Shown here: one piece after another, positions 27,258-39,661 of the stretch
How positions within the stretch are numbered: the first letter of the stretch is position 1
Layout of the letters: every line of letters begins with the position of its first letter
Assembly: GCA_051294905.1 (NCBI GenBank)
Contig: CM119372.1
Span: forward strand, 16,804,001-16,868,000
From: Botryllus schlosseri
Taxonomy: Eukaryota
Length of the DNA: 64,000 nt
Direction: 5' to 3'
The notes under the pieces: generated by a model
Databases searched by the model: none
Told to the model about the DNA's origin: nothing
Seen by the model: only the letters and a program-made list of their open reading frames with translations
Made by a program: the position numbers and the translations under genes

Positions 27258-28304
27258 AATGACCAGGCTTGACGTTATACGTTCATTAAAAAAAATTTGT
27301 TTGTCAATTTTGGTGACATATTTGTTGTGATCATACCCGAATGCGTCGTCGGAAGCATTGCGCGTTATTATTACATTCGTCACCGCCTATATTTGTGGAA
27401 ATGGATTCTCGGTACTGGTTCATATCAAATCGAAGGCGGGGATTTTCAAGACATCACCACGTATTTCAAAAATACAGTTGCAAAAATCGCTTCGAAATAA
27501 TAGAAGTCAATCCCATTTTAACATGAATAGTATGATCTTATTTTCAAGAAAAGTCATTTTGTTGCTGTTTGTCACCTACAGTTATTAGCTGCACCAAACA
27601 GAGGACTATTGCGCGGTAATTGAGCTAATATTGAACTGAAACTTCGTGGGGGTCCGCGAGGTCCATGACGGTCCGAAAGGGGTCCGCGAAGACAAAAAGG
27701 TTGAGAACCACTGCTCTAAAACAAGTCAAATAACTCACCCCTAACCCCTAGGTCTGCAAACTTGACCCAAGGCGTCGCAGAAAAACTCATTATTGGCGTC
27801 TTTAACAAAATCAATATCCTGAATAAGGTGACCCAGTGATAATGTAATTTTCGGCGGTCTCGCCTGGGCGTTCGTGATTTGGAAAACTATATCTCAAATT
27901 TAAACGACAGAATTACTAAATCGATCTATTTACGTATTGTTCGGACACGGTCGTGCTTGGGAGCGGTAGTTGAACTTATTGCTTGCAAGCCATTGTGTCA
28001 TTGATAACACAGTGAGATGCAGCAAACCCATCATATAGCTCTTTGTTATGCAAATCAAAGATACTAGAACCATACTGGAAATAGTTTATAGAATTTTGAC
28101 GCAATATTTGATCAAAGTTACAGTAAAAATTGGTCTGAAAAATAGAGAAAAGTTGCAAAAATGGCACTATAAAATCCCTCCAAACAGCTTAAAACATCAT
28201 TGTACATAGATTCTAGGTATCTAGGAAGCTGTCGGATACTGTAAAAAAAGTTGCAAAAGCTGCAAAACTTGTCCTAATGATTACTAGTCCGTCTTCAAGA
28301 TTAC

Positions 28305-28425
28305 CTGACCACAACCTCGTCTTCTGTGACATGCCACTTCATTTTTGTCGTTTGCTTTTTATATTATCTTCATTTACTTTTCATTCAGTGTGCATGCCTC
28401 CTCTTTACATCACCGAGGTCAAGAT
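28305..28425 (+). mobile_element. LINE 3' UTR fragment (family of 48443-49815)
   Basis: TTACTTTTCATTCAGTGTGCATGCCTCCTCTTTACATC is the reverse complement of ~48587-48625. A further minus-strand fragment lies at ~17185-17266. Confidence 0.7.
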
Positions 28426-31400
28426 GGGTGCCCGAACCGATTCTGAGCATCTATTTTCAGTAAGAGTGGCCTCAGCGCATCAGTACTAATGCTCATGCTC
28501 AGCCACTTACATAGAAATTAAGCTGACGTTTTACGCCGGATGTCCTTCCAGCCGCAACCCTTTACTGGGGCTTGGGATCGACATATTGGTCATGGCTGGT
28601 ACATAGACAACCTAGCCTGCTTGCGATCATGCGCAATAACCACATGGAATTACTGAATGTTTTCAAGTAGCCGTTACAGATATGGCACAATTTCCAGCCA
28701 ATATCGCAACGTACTTACTAAATCATTTCGCCACGCATTCGCTTGTGGTTAGTGGTTATCGTTCGTCCTCAGCTTGCAATGTATTCCTTCAATAACATAC
28801 TAATTAATACAATTTCCACAAAGAACGACCGCTAACCGCGTGAGTCAGGGTATGAGTGGTATGTGAGGAATTCAGATTGGAATCCTCCAATACGTGATTG
28901 CAGAAATAAGTTTTTTTGCAAAAATCTGCTAAGTCGCTATTTCCGCTGTTCCGCAGACTTCGCAACATGGACATAAAACGTAAAAGGAATTGACCCTTTA
29001 TTATGAAATCGTTGATTCAGATTAATTCAAGCACAATTCTTATGTACTGAATGGATGCTTACTGTTATAATAATCCACCATATGTATAGGCCTATATGTT
29101 TGTGCAGTGTGCACACTTTTGCATGTATAAGAAAAACAGAAGCATGGCGCAACAGTTTCTTATATAGGCATAGGAATGGCAATAGGCATACATAATAACG
29201 AAATCACATGATGTTCTTGTACGGTGACAATGAAGGGAACTTATCATTGTTGCAAGTTATATCCCTGTTCCACTAATATGAGACCAAGGCACCGAAAGAC
29301 TAAGAATAATGCAACGGTTTCCGGAAAATTACATTCTACATCCGAAATGTAACATGCCACGCTGAGTGCAGACATAATTAGGTTTTGACACCGTTTCATT
29401 ATTTCCGAGCAGGTGTCAACCGCCACGAATTCACTTTCTCTCACTTTCACTCTTTCTCTCTTTTGACGTACTTTCTCTCGTCTGCATGTGGCCGACCTAG
29501 CCGTGTAATGTGTATTGCCTTCTCCTGCATATGAGAATGTACGTACAATTGTTTGTGCAGTAGTGCATTGTGCACTGTGAAAACGTGTTCCGTAGATTCC
29601 GAAGTTCGCGAAATTGGATTCATTGTTCACTTCATTATTTACGAGTGACCAATGTAGTCCCGAACATGGAATTTAACGTTACAAATGTGTGACTATAATG
29701 ATACATTCTTTCCATTTCGAATGAGCATACAGATATCTAGAGCATATCGTGAGAGACGATTATATGTATAGAAGGCGAGAATAATTTTAAGATTACTCAC
29801 AAATAAATAGGCCTACATTCACACTAATTATGAAACCGCCGCAACATAATTCCGGTCACTTCTCGAAATTATTCTTCGGCGGCAATAGAATGATCAGTCG
29901 CAGGCAATTCGTTCGGAGTGGCACCAAACACGGCGTGTGTAATCTGCGATGTACAATTTGTAATCTGTAATTTGTGTGAGTCCTCTCCATGCGTGCGACG
30001 GATCACCTGGCTATGCACTACGCGAGACGTAACTGACATCGCGACTTTGGTTCAGGACATTTCCGAGATAGGAGTGGCAATCGTCGGTCATAAATTAGCG
30101 ATTAAGCTAATCCTTTTACTAATAATAGGCCTTCTAAGTCCTCATGTAATTATATGAGATTTGTTCAAGCGGGGCACTGAAAGACGAAAGTGTATCAGTG
30201 CTCGATGTTGCTATTTCCAGACATAAAACACAACGAAAGGTTCAAATTTCTTGACATATACCTCAAGTATAGGTGGCCCTGATACGTACCAGATGGTATG
30301 CGGAATGTAACCGATATCTACGAACGAACATTTTTCTTGCTACAAACTATAAGGTAACAATGACCAACATTTTGCGTGATGAAAGAGAGGACGTCTTATT
30401 TCGTAAGATGCTGCGAGGAGTGTAATTAACGAGTACGAACAGGGCTTAGCACCTGTGGTTGTAGTACGTGCCACAGAGATATTAAAATGTTCAATGTTTA
30501 AATGTCGCTATGATCATTGCCCTGGCCACTTATCACTACCTTAAAGACGTGATGTAAATCAATATATACTCACAATCGCTTGAAGTTCATGTTGCTATTT
30601 ATTAATTTACCAAATGATTTGCACGCAACCAAAGATTAAAGAAGACAATCCAACGGGTAGAAAACTATTACACAATGGAAAGGATGCGTGTTAAGTTGGT
30701 CTCGTTACGTCGCATACAGATTTGCTGTGTAGCACAGAAATATTTGGAAATATGTGCGTATCGAAAATATCATTCGGTTTCTTAATAAGAACAATCGCAT
30801 GAATTTAAGGAATGGACAAAATAATTGAAATTCAGTTTCTTAACTGGAATAATCAAATGAATTATGAACCGGACCAAAAACAATTGAAACACGTGAGAAG
30901 GATATAGGCGACGCCGTGCACGCACTGGATTAGGTCCGTGCCATTGTCTAATAATTATCGCATGTGCGCAACTGATACGCTAAAAATCATTTTCGTATTC
31001 GCAAATCGAAAGTTATTATGCTTTATCAACGTGTATCGTGATTACAATGAATTCATTAAAAAAGATACAGGGCAAATTAATTTGATTGATTTCCCAATTC
31101 GAAGATATTCGAGACTTCACGGTGTGCTTTCTGTTGAGGTGACTGAATTTATTGGGTACGTTATGTCTGATTTGGCAATCCGTATACAGAAGATAAGGCG
31201 CTCATGAATCAGTGTAGCCTATTTGCGCTCCTCTTTGACCCCGTGGCTATTTGTTGCTGATTTTCAATATACCTATATAGTATTTTGGTCAGACTTGCAC
31301 ACGTCCGCCGCGTTATATCGCACAGCATTTGAAAGAATTCAGTGTCAACATTTTATCGAAGGTGAAGGTAATGTGCTGCGAAGATCAGAGTAAAAAAGAT

Positions 31401-32204
31401 TGGCTATAAAACTAATTATTGAAAGCGATCTTTATGTTCTTGTAAATGGTATACGCGAGTACTGTCAAGCATTGTTTAGGTCGATATTCAAGAGGATTGC
31501 GGCAACTTGGTACCGATTTTACATATCACATGCGATTAAGGAGGAAGTAAACACGTTACACTAAAATTCCCAAATGCGTGACTGTGGAATGTGGATTGGA
31601 GTGGTACAGTGAATAATAATACTATATTCTATTTCCGAAAGAAAATTCCGTTCTCTTACTCTATTTTGTATGCAAATGATTTCCAGTTATATTTCACCCA
31701 TCAGACGGTGTATTGGTAGGACTGACGACTCAATAATTCGACAAATTTGGTTCCACGATCAATTTTGTGAAGAGTTGCATGTTGATGTTGAGCCACTGTC
31801 AGGAATGGATATATTGGAAAAAATCTGCAAATGAAATAACCGCATAGTCATTGCAATAAAATGCGGTTCCCAACCTTTGTTGTTACTGGCTTCCTTTTTA
31901 GGATTCGGAGTCTCAGGAATTCGGCGGACAGGTCAAAATAGACACCCGAAATATAAAATTTGTGATTACACGCCCGTCTTGGCTATCATTGACTGCAGAC
32001 GCGAGCAGTAGTAGAATTGGGACGGCTGTGGTGGTACTTCGTGTGCAGTGGCGCACCCAGGGAAGGGGAGGTTCGAAATCGAACCCCCGTCCTTTTGAAA
32101 TGGCTATTCGATCTCCGATGTGCATAGATCATTTTGAGGGGGTGTGTCTTGACCTCCAGTGGAACCCCTGAACCTGGCTCTGTGATCCCCTGTCAAGAGA
32201 CACT

Positions 32205-32298
32205 GACCTAGATAAAACTCAGCAGAAATTCTGGAGTCGACCTCAGTCGGACTCGCACTCGCTACCAATCGGTGCTGCAGCTGTGGAGCGTACCACTA
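32205..32298 (-). mobile_element. 5' fragment of SINE family A
   Basis: GAGTCGACCTCAGTCGGACTCG...TACCACTA matches the reverse complement of the family A head. Confidence 0.6.
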
Positions 32299-32845
32299 TA
32301 TATCAGGTGTGGCCTACCTGCGGCCATAGAAGAATATGATCGGCCATTTTCACGTACTTCAATCAGCATAAGTGGACGGCCGTCAGCATACAATTTGAAT
32401 TTATGAATTGGCCCGCAAGTTTTTGAGTTATTTATTCAACATGAAAGTTTTCTTCGCGCTTCGCCTGATTCAGTGACGATATGCTTTTCATGTGGTTACC
32501 AGCGTATTTTGATATCCGTAAAAGAGGACACTCTTCAAAAATTCTGAACGCCTTAGTGCCGTAAAAGAAAACTGGTGATTTGAAAATTCTTCAACCAATA
32601 GCCCTGTGTTGACTAAAAAAAATTTGACTCGGCTCCCGAATTACCCGCTTTTTACGATACTTGTGTGGTCATCTTTCCCATCTCTACTCCCAAAATACAC
32701 CTGGCGCCGTATTTTTCGTTGTTTGTCTTGCCAAGTCCGGCGTTCGCTGATTATTAGGAGTCGACTTTTTGGTCGCATTTTAATACTTTTTCTATAAAAA
32801 AAAGCACAGATTCTAAAAAAGAAGACACTTAGGCGTTCTCCGAAG

Positions 32846-33109
32846 ACACACAGAGAGAGAGATATGGTATTCTTTATCGCCTGCACCATCGTGATGCTTT
32901 GACGACGGAGTTGCGATACGGCCCCATGAGGTCATCTGGTCTGCGCCCCCGGTTTTTGTTTTCTCCTCCATGCTATCCGTGATTGCTGAGCGCCTAGCAG
33001 GATAGCTGCGGATACCAATTTTTGAGTCTTTGGTATGACCCGGCCGGGGATCGAACCCACGACGTACCGCTCGAGAAGCCGGACGCATAACCATTACACT
33101 ATCTCGCTC
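32846..33109 (-). mobile_element. tRNA-derived SINE, family B, full length
   Basis: On the minus strand: A box TAGTGTAATGG, B box GGTTCGATCCC, central CCTGCTAGGCGCTCAGCA and a (TC)n tail. 14-bp TSD GGCGTTCTCCGAAG at 32832-32845 and 33110-33123. Confidence 0.92.
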
Positions 33110-33183
33110 GGCGTTCTCCGAAGTCACTTTCAATTTATTGGAAAAAAGAGGACAAATTCTTTTAAAAGTGGACGCATGGTGGT

Positions 33184-33375
33184 CAATGTTCCCTCTAATT
33201 TTTGACGAGTCTGTGCGCACTCACCAACTTACTGCGCGGTCCCTTGGACAACAGTGCGTAACAACTAAAAAAGGTCAAAACTTCGGATTTTTTGTGCGCA
33301 GCTTAGAATTTCTATGTGCAGAGGCCGTGTCAGCACTGCGCAATTGCGAGCGTGCGCGGCTTAGAGGAAACATTG
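33184..33375. mobile_element. ~190-bp MITE (CAATGTTCCCTCTAA TIR)
   Basis: TIRs with flanking GGTGGT duplicated; same family as 60840-61032; partial copy at ~9530-9617. Confidence 0.88.
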
Positions 33376-34129
33376 GGTGGTAACCCTACTTTTCATATAC
33401 TTCTGTCCTTGCAATCCGTTCTCCTCTGTACAAATGCGAACTGTAGAGGACAATGGTTCTCCCCATCAAGAAACACCAATTTGGAAGCGTGTGCATTTCA
33501 CGAAAGACGTTATTTTCTGGTACCATTGGGTTATGCGATTCGTGTGAACGCGAATCTTTTTGAAAGGTAATATGTGAACGCGAACGTCATATTGCTGATT
33601 GCAGTAGAGTCATATATTATCGTACAATGTACACGTTACTTATCGACAGCTTACGCCACATTATGTAGGGTACTCCTCCTTTTTCAAGAAATAGAAAATG
33701 TCCTCCGAGGACGCACAAATGCCCTCTTTTTTGGCAATCCGTTCTCATTTATAGCTTTGACAAGAAGGCGATTGCATAGGCACAACTAGAAAAAGCTATA
33801 AATGGCGCGAAAGCTTGATTTCGTCGGCAGTGACGGTAAGGATGACAAAAGAAAATGACGTTAGTGGCAGGTCTACCGGGAATCGATTTTGTAAAATGAC
33901 CATTTTTTAGTCAACACACAACAGTATTATGTTAGGACGGATCTTTCGGGAGTTGAATTGGACGAATGACTTTTTTAGTCAATACAACAGTGTTTCTAGT
34001 TAAAATATTCAAATTACCCGTTGCCTCGCCCGATTTTACAAGTTTTGTGATTTGTCCTCTTTTCCGGGTCTCAAAATATGGTAAACTAACATTATGTCAC
34101 ACTGTTGAAGTGGGCTACCTGCTGACTTT

Positions 34130-35410
34130 TGAAGCATCGCCAAATGTATCAACTGGAGCTATCAAAAGCTATAGTAATTCCATAAAATCACAATCTTTCC
34201 GGCTCAAGATATCTCGCAATCCACTTCGCGACGTTATGATACGCTGATCCAACCATCGATAGTATCGGACGTAAGGGTACATTCGATTTATGAGTCTTCG
34301 GAAGACCATACATCCGTGGTCGTATGGAGCCAGTAGGTCTGATCTCATCGTATTCAGCAGAAGATATTTTCCCCGCCTTCTTGAGGGTCAATAGTAGACG
34401 TTGAATACGTGCTTCTAGCTTGGAGGTGTTGTCATTGTCACACGCAGGGCCAACGATTTCAAACTTAGATTGGTCGTCGAGAATTGAATTCATTTTTGAA
34501 ACGTAGTCACATTTATTCAAAATGACTTCACCATATCCTTTATCGGGCTTGGGAATAGGAATTGACATTATGTGATCTCAGGGATCTGATGCTCCTGTAG
34601 CAATCGGACGTCATAGTGAAATCACTTCTGTCGATAGGAGTTCCACAAAACCGTGCGCTAAGCTGCTTAGTTTGGCTTCAAGGGCCACAAATTTCTCGTT
34701 ATGTTCTTTTGCTCTGCTTTCATCATCAAATTTCTGGTGATGATGTGACATTTGTCCAAGTAATACCTCAAATTCTGCAAAGACTTCCTCACGCTTGATT
34801 TCAGTCGGTGGCACAGAAAAATCAAGACCAAGAGATAGTACCAACTCTTCAGTGTTACTCAGCTTGTAGTCAGATAAGTTGGTAATAACCTTACTACCAG
34901 CGACTGCCTTGGTACCATATCGTGTCTTGAGAAGTTAGCTGCTGTTACGCTCGTTCTGCCGTACCTTCCCATTCTCTTTATGTGTATTGGACAGCATCTC
35001 TTATCCCATCCAGAATGTGCAAATCATTACAATGACAGTCAATTTTCTATAGTGGGTCTTACTGTTCTCTTTTTCATTTGAAGGTCCTGGAATCTACGAT
35101 CATAAAGCTGCGAAAGCCGATTCTCTGTCGCCAGAAGGAACGCGTCTACACTCTTAGAATATTTCATTAATGTTCTGTGTTGTTGTTGTCGGTTATTTAT
35201 AACCGAATATGTACTCGTTAACGTTTGTTTTGTTCCGTTACTACCGTATCTTGCCTATCTACCAGTTGTTTGTTTTTGTTATTATTACGTCATACGGAAA
35301 AAATAGTTCCTACATTTCGAATTTGATTCACCCTATTACTGACGTTCGCTACTGATGAGAGTCAGTCGAAAAGCCTTTAGCGAATAAATTAACAATATCA
35401 AGTTATTGTT
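34130..35410 (-). mobile_element. Penelope-like retroelement remnant: RT N-terminus (minus) fused to an inverted 3' end/pLTR (plus)
   Basis: Minus ORFs read KPDKG..VILNKCDYVSKMNSILDDQSKF, IRPTGSIRPRMYGLPKTHKSNVPLRPILSMVGS and LSLGLDFSVPP. Plus strand 34986-35170 encodes a frameshifted GIY-YIG-region C-terminus IGQHLLSHPECANHYNDSQFSI...FHLKVLESTIIKLRKPILCRQKERVYTLRIF*, followed by a hammerhead motif. Confidence 0.88.
35339..35384 (+). ncRNA. Minimal type-I hammerhead ribozyme in the Penelope pLTR
   Basis: Stem I TTCGCTA (35345-51) pairs with TAGCGAA (35378-84). Core is CTGATGA (35352-58) and GAAA (35368-71). Stem II is GA-gtcag-TC; stem III is 1 bp with loop AGCC, then UH=TT. AATAAA follows at 35383. 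Confidence 0.7.
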
Positions 35411-36905
35411 TCGCGTAATATAAATTTCATAAATGTCTAAGATTGCTTGGTTGAATAATCACAATTCGCTGACTATATATTTTATTTGCTTTATCAAAAA
35501 AGTTGGCTCGAAAGATTCCGATTTCCTACATGTAGCATATTTCATTCTTGATATTGTGTGATTGCAGGCCAAGCTCACAGCAGGGAGTGACTATATCCAC
35601 AAATGGAAATCTGGTTATTTCGCGTAAACTTTTTTAACAAAGTAAATGAATTTTTTGAAATTGGCAAGGAGCATATGCTCGACTCGTTTAGTGCTGGATT
35701 TCTTTTCGTGCTGTCAATGTCATGCAGAGAGTATAGTCCTGACTGAAATGCAAAGAATTTCAACCAAAACCTTATAATGATGTGAAAAACCGTGTGGAAC
35801 ACAGTGCAGAACCGACCCAGGCTCGTTTGCGAACGCGAACCTCCAAATTTCTGACGTTCACACACCGAACGCGGACGTGAACCTCGCCCATCCAGGATCC
35901 ACATCACATTAGACCAGTGGTTCTCAACCGGGGGTCCGCGAAGCAATTTCAGGGGGTCCGCGAGACCTCTAAATTTGCAAAATGATTGATAACCTAATTT
36001 GTAATTTTTTAAATGAAGGAAAGCATGAGGCAGTTTTCCTCCAAAACTGCTAAAACCTCATTACTCGCATCATCAGAATAATCGTCTGACATGAAATATC
36101 CTACTGTGCGAATTCATTTTAATTGCCAAATTGCCAATAACCTACTGATACAAACATATTGCTCTTTCGAGCCGTTTTGTTGGGGTTTGTGGAAAAAATA
36201 AAAATATGGAGATAGTAAGATCAATCAGGGTGACTTCGTAGTCAGTGTCATCAAATTAGTTTAAGTCGTTTGAAATAAAAACTGAAGTAATTTCCTAATT
36301 TTCTCCAATGAAGGGATTAAATCATCGCCCCGAAATCCATTTTATCCTGTGATATACATAGCCACTGTTCTAGAATAACTTCAAGATGAGAGGCTAGATA
36401 AAAATGATTAGGCTGGACGTAATATGTTCATTAAAAGTATGTTTCTTCATTATGGAGCCATAAATGTTGCAATCACACCAAAAGTGTCGTCGGAAGCGTT
36501 ACGCGTTAATGTTACACTAGCCTCCATCTAGCTTTGTGGAAATGGATTTTCGGCATTCGTTCATATCAAATGGAAGGCGCAGATTTTCAAGACCACGTAC
36601 TTCAAGAAATACAGCTGCAAAGTTAGCTTTGAAATAATAAAAGTCTACCCAATTTTTACATAAATAGTGTGATGTTATTTTCACGAAAAGTCATTTTGTT
36701 GGGCCGTAGTTTGCCCACCCCTTGGCTACACACTGTCCGTCATTTTTGATAAAGTCCGTATCAATGTTGCCCGCACACAACCTGAAATCTTTATTTCCCC
36801 CCTTTAAAATTGCTCCCTCCAATAAAATTAACAATAAATTTGGTAGGACTTTGTTTTGTAAAGACTTGCTATTGGTGGAAGTTAAGACCCCCACGGCCCA
36901 CAATA

Positions 36906-37127
36906 GGGTCCATCAAACACTAGGTGTCGCCAGACTTTGGGTGTTGACCGCCGTTGTTCCGAAGTTTTAATTTCATCCTTTAACGAGCTCACGGTCCAAG
37001 TAGAGCACGTTGTAGCCATTATTTACAGTCGGGAAAGCAGCCTACAGGTTTCTGACAACGGTATCGCGTACGTAACAACTGCGGTTTCCATCCAAAGTCT
37101 GGCGACACCTAGTGGTTTGATGGACCC
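36906..37127. mobile_element. Small TA-flanked MITE with ~35-bp near-perfect TIRs
   Basis: GGGTCCATCAAACACTAGGTGTCGCCAGACTTTGG ... CCAAAGTCTGGCGACACCTAGTGGTTTGATGGACCC, flanked by CAATA / TATTG. Confidence 0.85.
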
Positions 37128-37245
37128 TATTGAACAGCACGCAATGAAATGAATGAGCACGAGCAGCGAACTGGTAGCCGTAAACGGCTAAACGCAATGT
37201 TGGGCCTCCGGCAAATGTATGTATTGTATATATGTGTAAGCCGAC

Positions 37246-37479
37246 AGAAAGAGAGATGATATTCTTTTTCGCCTGCACCATCGAGATGCTTTGACGACGG
37301 AGATTCGATACGACCGTGAGGTCAACTAGTCTGCACCCCCGTTTTTTCTCCTCCGTGCTATCCGTGGTTGCTGAGCGCCAAGCAGGATAGCTGCGGATAC
37401 CAATTTTCGAGTCTCTGGTGTGGCCCGACCGGGGATCGAATCCACGACCTACCGATCGAGAAGCCGGACGCATCACCAT
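37246..37479 (-). mobile_element. SINE family B copy
   Basis: Highly similar to 32846-33109, with a slightly clipped 5' end. Confidence 0.88.
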
Positions 37480-37842
37480 GAGTTTGAAATATTTCCAAAC
37501 GTAGCAACGTAGCATCAATTTACATGTGTGAATGCCAAACAATGCATGGGCCAGATAAACTTCCTGCTGTTAGATATAAGCCGCCAGAAGCTACACTTTC
37601 GCACGCTACATAACTTGAAAAGAAATATATGTCATTTCATCTGTAACAAGTCCGGCCATGCTATCAATTAGCAGGTCCGCGATCTCCCTAAATACATATT
37701 CACATACATATGAACTTTTATTATAACGAATAAGGTGGTTTCAATCACACCATTTCGCATGTGACTCATGGATAAAAACATATATGCGGGAGATCGCATG
37801 CCGCTGTCCAGTTGATTCTCGCTAATTGGAGGCACTGATAAT

Positions 37843-38686
37843 CAGTGTTGGGATGACTCGAGTCATGACTTGACTCGAGTCAGACTCGAGTCACCTTTTT
37901 CGTGTGACTTGACTTGACGAGTCAATTTCAAGTCATTAAGTAAACTGTGTCGATTAAATAACCATATCTTATGTATGTTCGGGTTGTTTGCGATACGCCG
38001 GTGTCACTTGTGAAAGCAACTAGTCATTCGCTGATTGTACGTTTCACTCATTCTCCATTGTCACATCACAAATAATTTGACCGCTAACGAAACAAGCACA
38101 GCTTACGTTATCGTAGTAGCAATAGATTAATCTAATAGCAACGTGTATCTTTGTTTCTTAGACGGCTCAGTGCTTACATTGCGGATGTGTTCACCTTTAC
38201 CAACCATCTTGTTTGATATAAATAGAACGAATGTGTAGTTGGGCAGTGTACTGTACCACATCAATTTCTTCAACTTCTCGAGGATTCGTATTCGATCCTC
38301 TATATTACCCGATAAAATCAGACTGTAGCATGTAACTATACAATTACTCGCGTATTTTATTAGCAGCACTACGTTTGCGTGAGTGCTGCAACATCGTTTT
38401 CCATGTATATTTAACTTTATATTCGTTATTTGATTCAAGATAAATGGCCAATTCATCTGTCCTTAATCCAGTTAGCAAAATGAAATTATTTTTCATCATG
38501 ACTCATACTTCGAAAATTCAATTTGACTTGAATCGTGACTTGACTCGAGTCACCTCCAAAAAACGAGTGACTTGACTTGACTCGAGTCACCTTTGAAAAT
38601 CGATTGACTTGACTTGACTCGAGTCAAAATGTGCACTGACTCGAGATGACTCGTGACTCGAAGGTAGCGACTTGATCCCAACACTG
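37843..38686. mobile_element. hAT non-autonomous element with GACTCGAGTC/GACTT repeats
   Basis: TIR CAGTGTTGGGAT / ATCCCAACACTG; perfect TSD CTGATAAT. Confidence 0.92.
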
Positions 38687-39088
38687 CTGATAATACGAAT
38701 TGCTGAATTGCAAATGAGCTAATAGGCCTAAATATTAGAGATACGGTCGGCATTTCCTACAGACGTTTGATAAACGAGGTTAATAATGTGATTTTTTACA
38801 AGTGAGTCTATACCCGACCAGAAACCCCTAAATTACCCACCGGTTCGAAACCACTGCATTAGAATATATCTTAAATACAAATTTACATCACTACAATCAT
38901 TTTGGTAGTGGATCAAATGTCCATTTTCCCCGCCAATCTGTTGGTCACACATTAGATTCATTAGCCAAGATCAGGGTGTCTATTATTTTATCAGAGATAA
39001 CCAAATTTCATGATGCGTGTTGGAGGTCGGCATATCGTAACGTCGCTCCAACACAAGCAACATATTTTTGAATTTTGATGGTTATGTC

Positions 39089-39475
39089 TAGAGCAGGTTT
39101 TTGTTGCAGTTAAATCCGTGAAAAGTTTTCATTTATTTTTGTAAAAAGTTGCAGAAGTTGCATTTTGACCACATTTTGCTCGGTTTACTCAAAAAAAAAA
39201 AGGTCAATTTTCCGGCTCAGCTCCCGAAATACCCGTAAAAGCGTTACTTCAGTGCTGATTTACGATGTTTCAGTCGAATTTGGCCGTGTATTTCTCCAAA
39301 ATCGAAAATACTTTCATGAAAAATCGAGAAAGTTGCAAAATGTTGCATGGAAAAAATGGACAAAAGTTGCACTATAAGATTCCTTCAAACAGCTTAAAAC
39401 AGCATTCTACATATCTTACGAGTATTTTGGGAAGCTGCCGGAGGCTGTAAAAAAAATTTGCAAAAACTTGCCCTA
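39089..39475. mobile_element. hAT MITE, short copy of the 24019-28276 family
   Basis: TIR TAGAGCAGGTTTTTG / CAAAAACTTGCCCTA; TSD GTTATGTC vs GTTATGCC. Confidence 0.85.
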
Positions 39476-39661
39476 GTTATGCCTAATAGATATTGCGTGA
39501 TGATCATCCTACCAAAGCGCAGAAAATGATTTCCAAGTTCAACAAATTGATAAAAATATTCATGTAACTTTTACATTATCAGAATCTACGATTTTAAAAC
39601 CCCCTTGGTAGTTTACGGAGTGGAAGTTATTATAAGCGAAATGCAAGTTGTAACGCGACAG

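Larger units (their letters stand above)
24311..27713 (+). mobile_element. hAT Charlie-type deletion derivative carrying a transposase C-terminal remnant
   Basis: TIR CAGTGGTTCTCAACC / GGTTGAGAACCACTG; perfect TSD CTCTAAAA. Remnant ALRVIITFVTAYICGNGFSVLVHIKSK (~27355-27435) resembles the hAT dimerisation motif F.TTYLCE.GFS.L..IK.K. Confidence 0.92.
24019..28276. mobile_element. hAT MITE with TAGGGCAAGTTTT TIR (outermost layer of a nested cluster)
   Basis: TIR TAGGGCAAGTTTT / AAAACTTGTCCTA; TSD AAGATTAC vs ATGATTAC; AAAGTTGCA repeats. Confidence 0.85.
35915..38856. mobile_element. Composite hAT element; left ~790 bp homologous to the 24311-27713 family
   Basis: TIR CAGTGGTTCTCAACC / GGTTCGAAACCACTG; TSD CATTAGAC vs CATTAGAA. 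Contains a MITE, a SINE and a GACTCGAGT element. Confidence 0.72.

Noticed and set aside
29244..29630. 128-aa minus-strand ORF
   Set aside because: No recognisable domain, non-ATG start, partly low-complexity purine tract.
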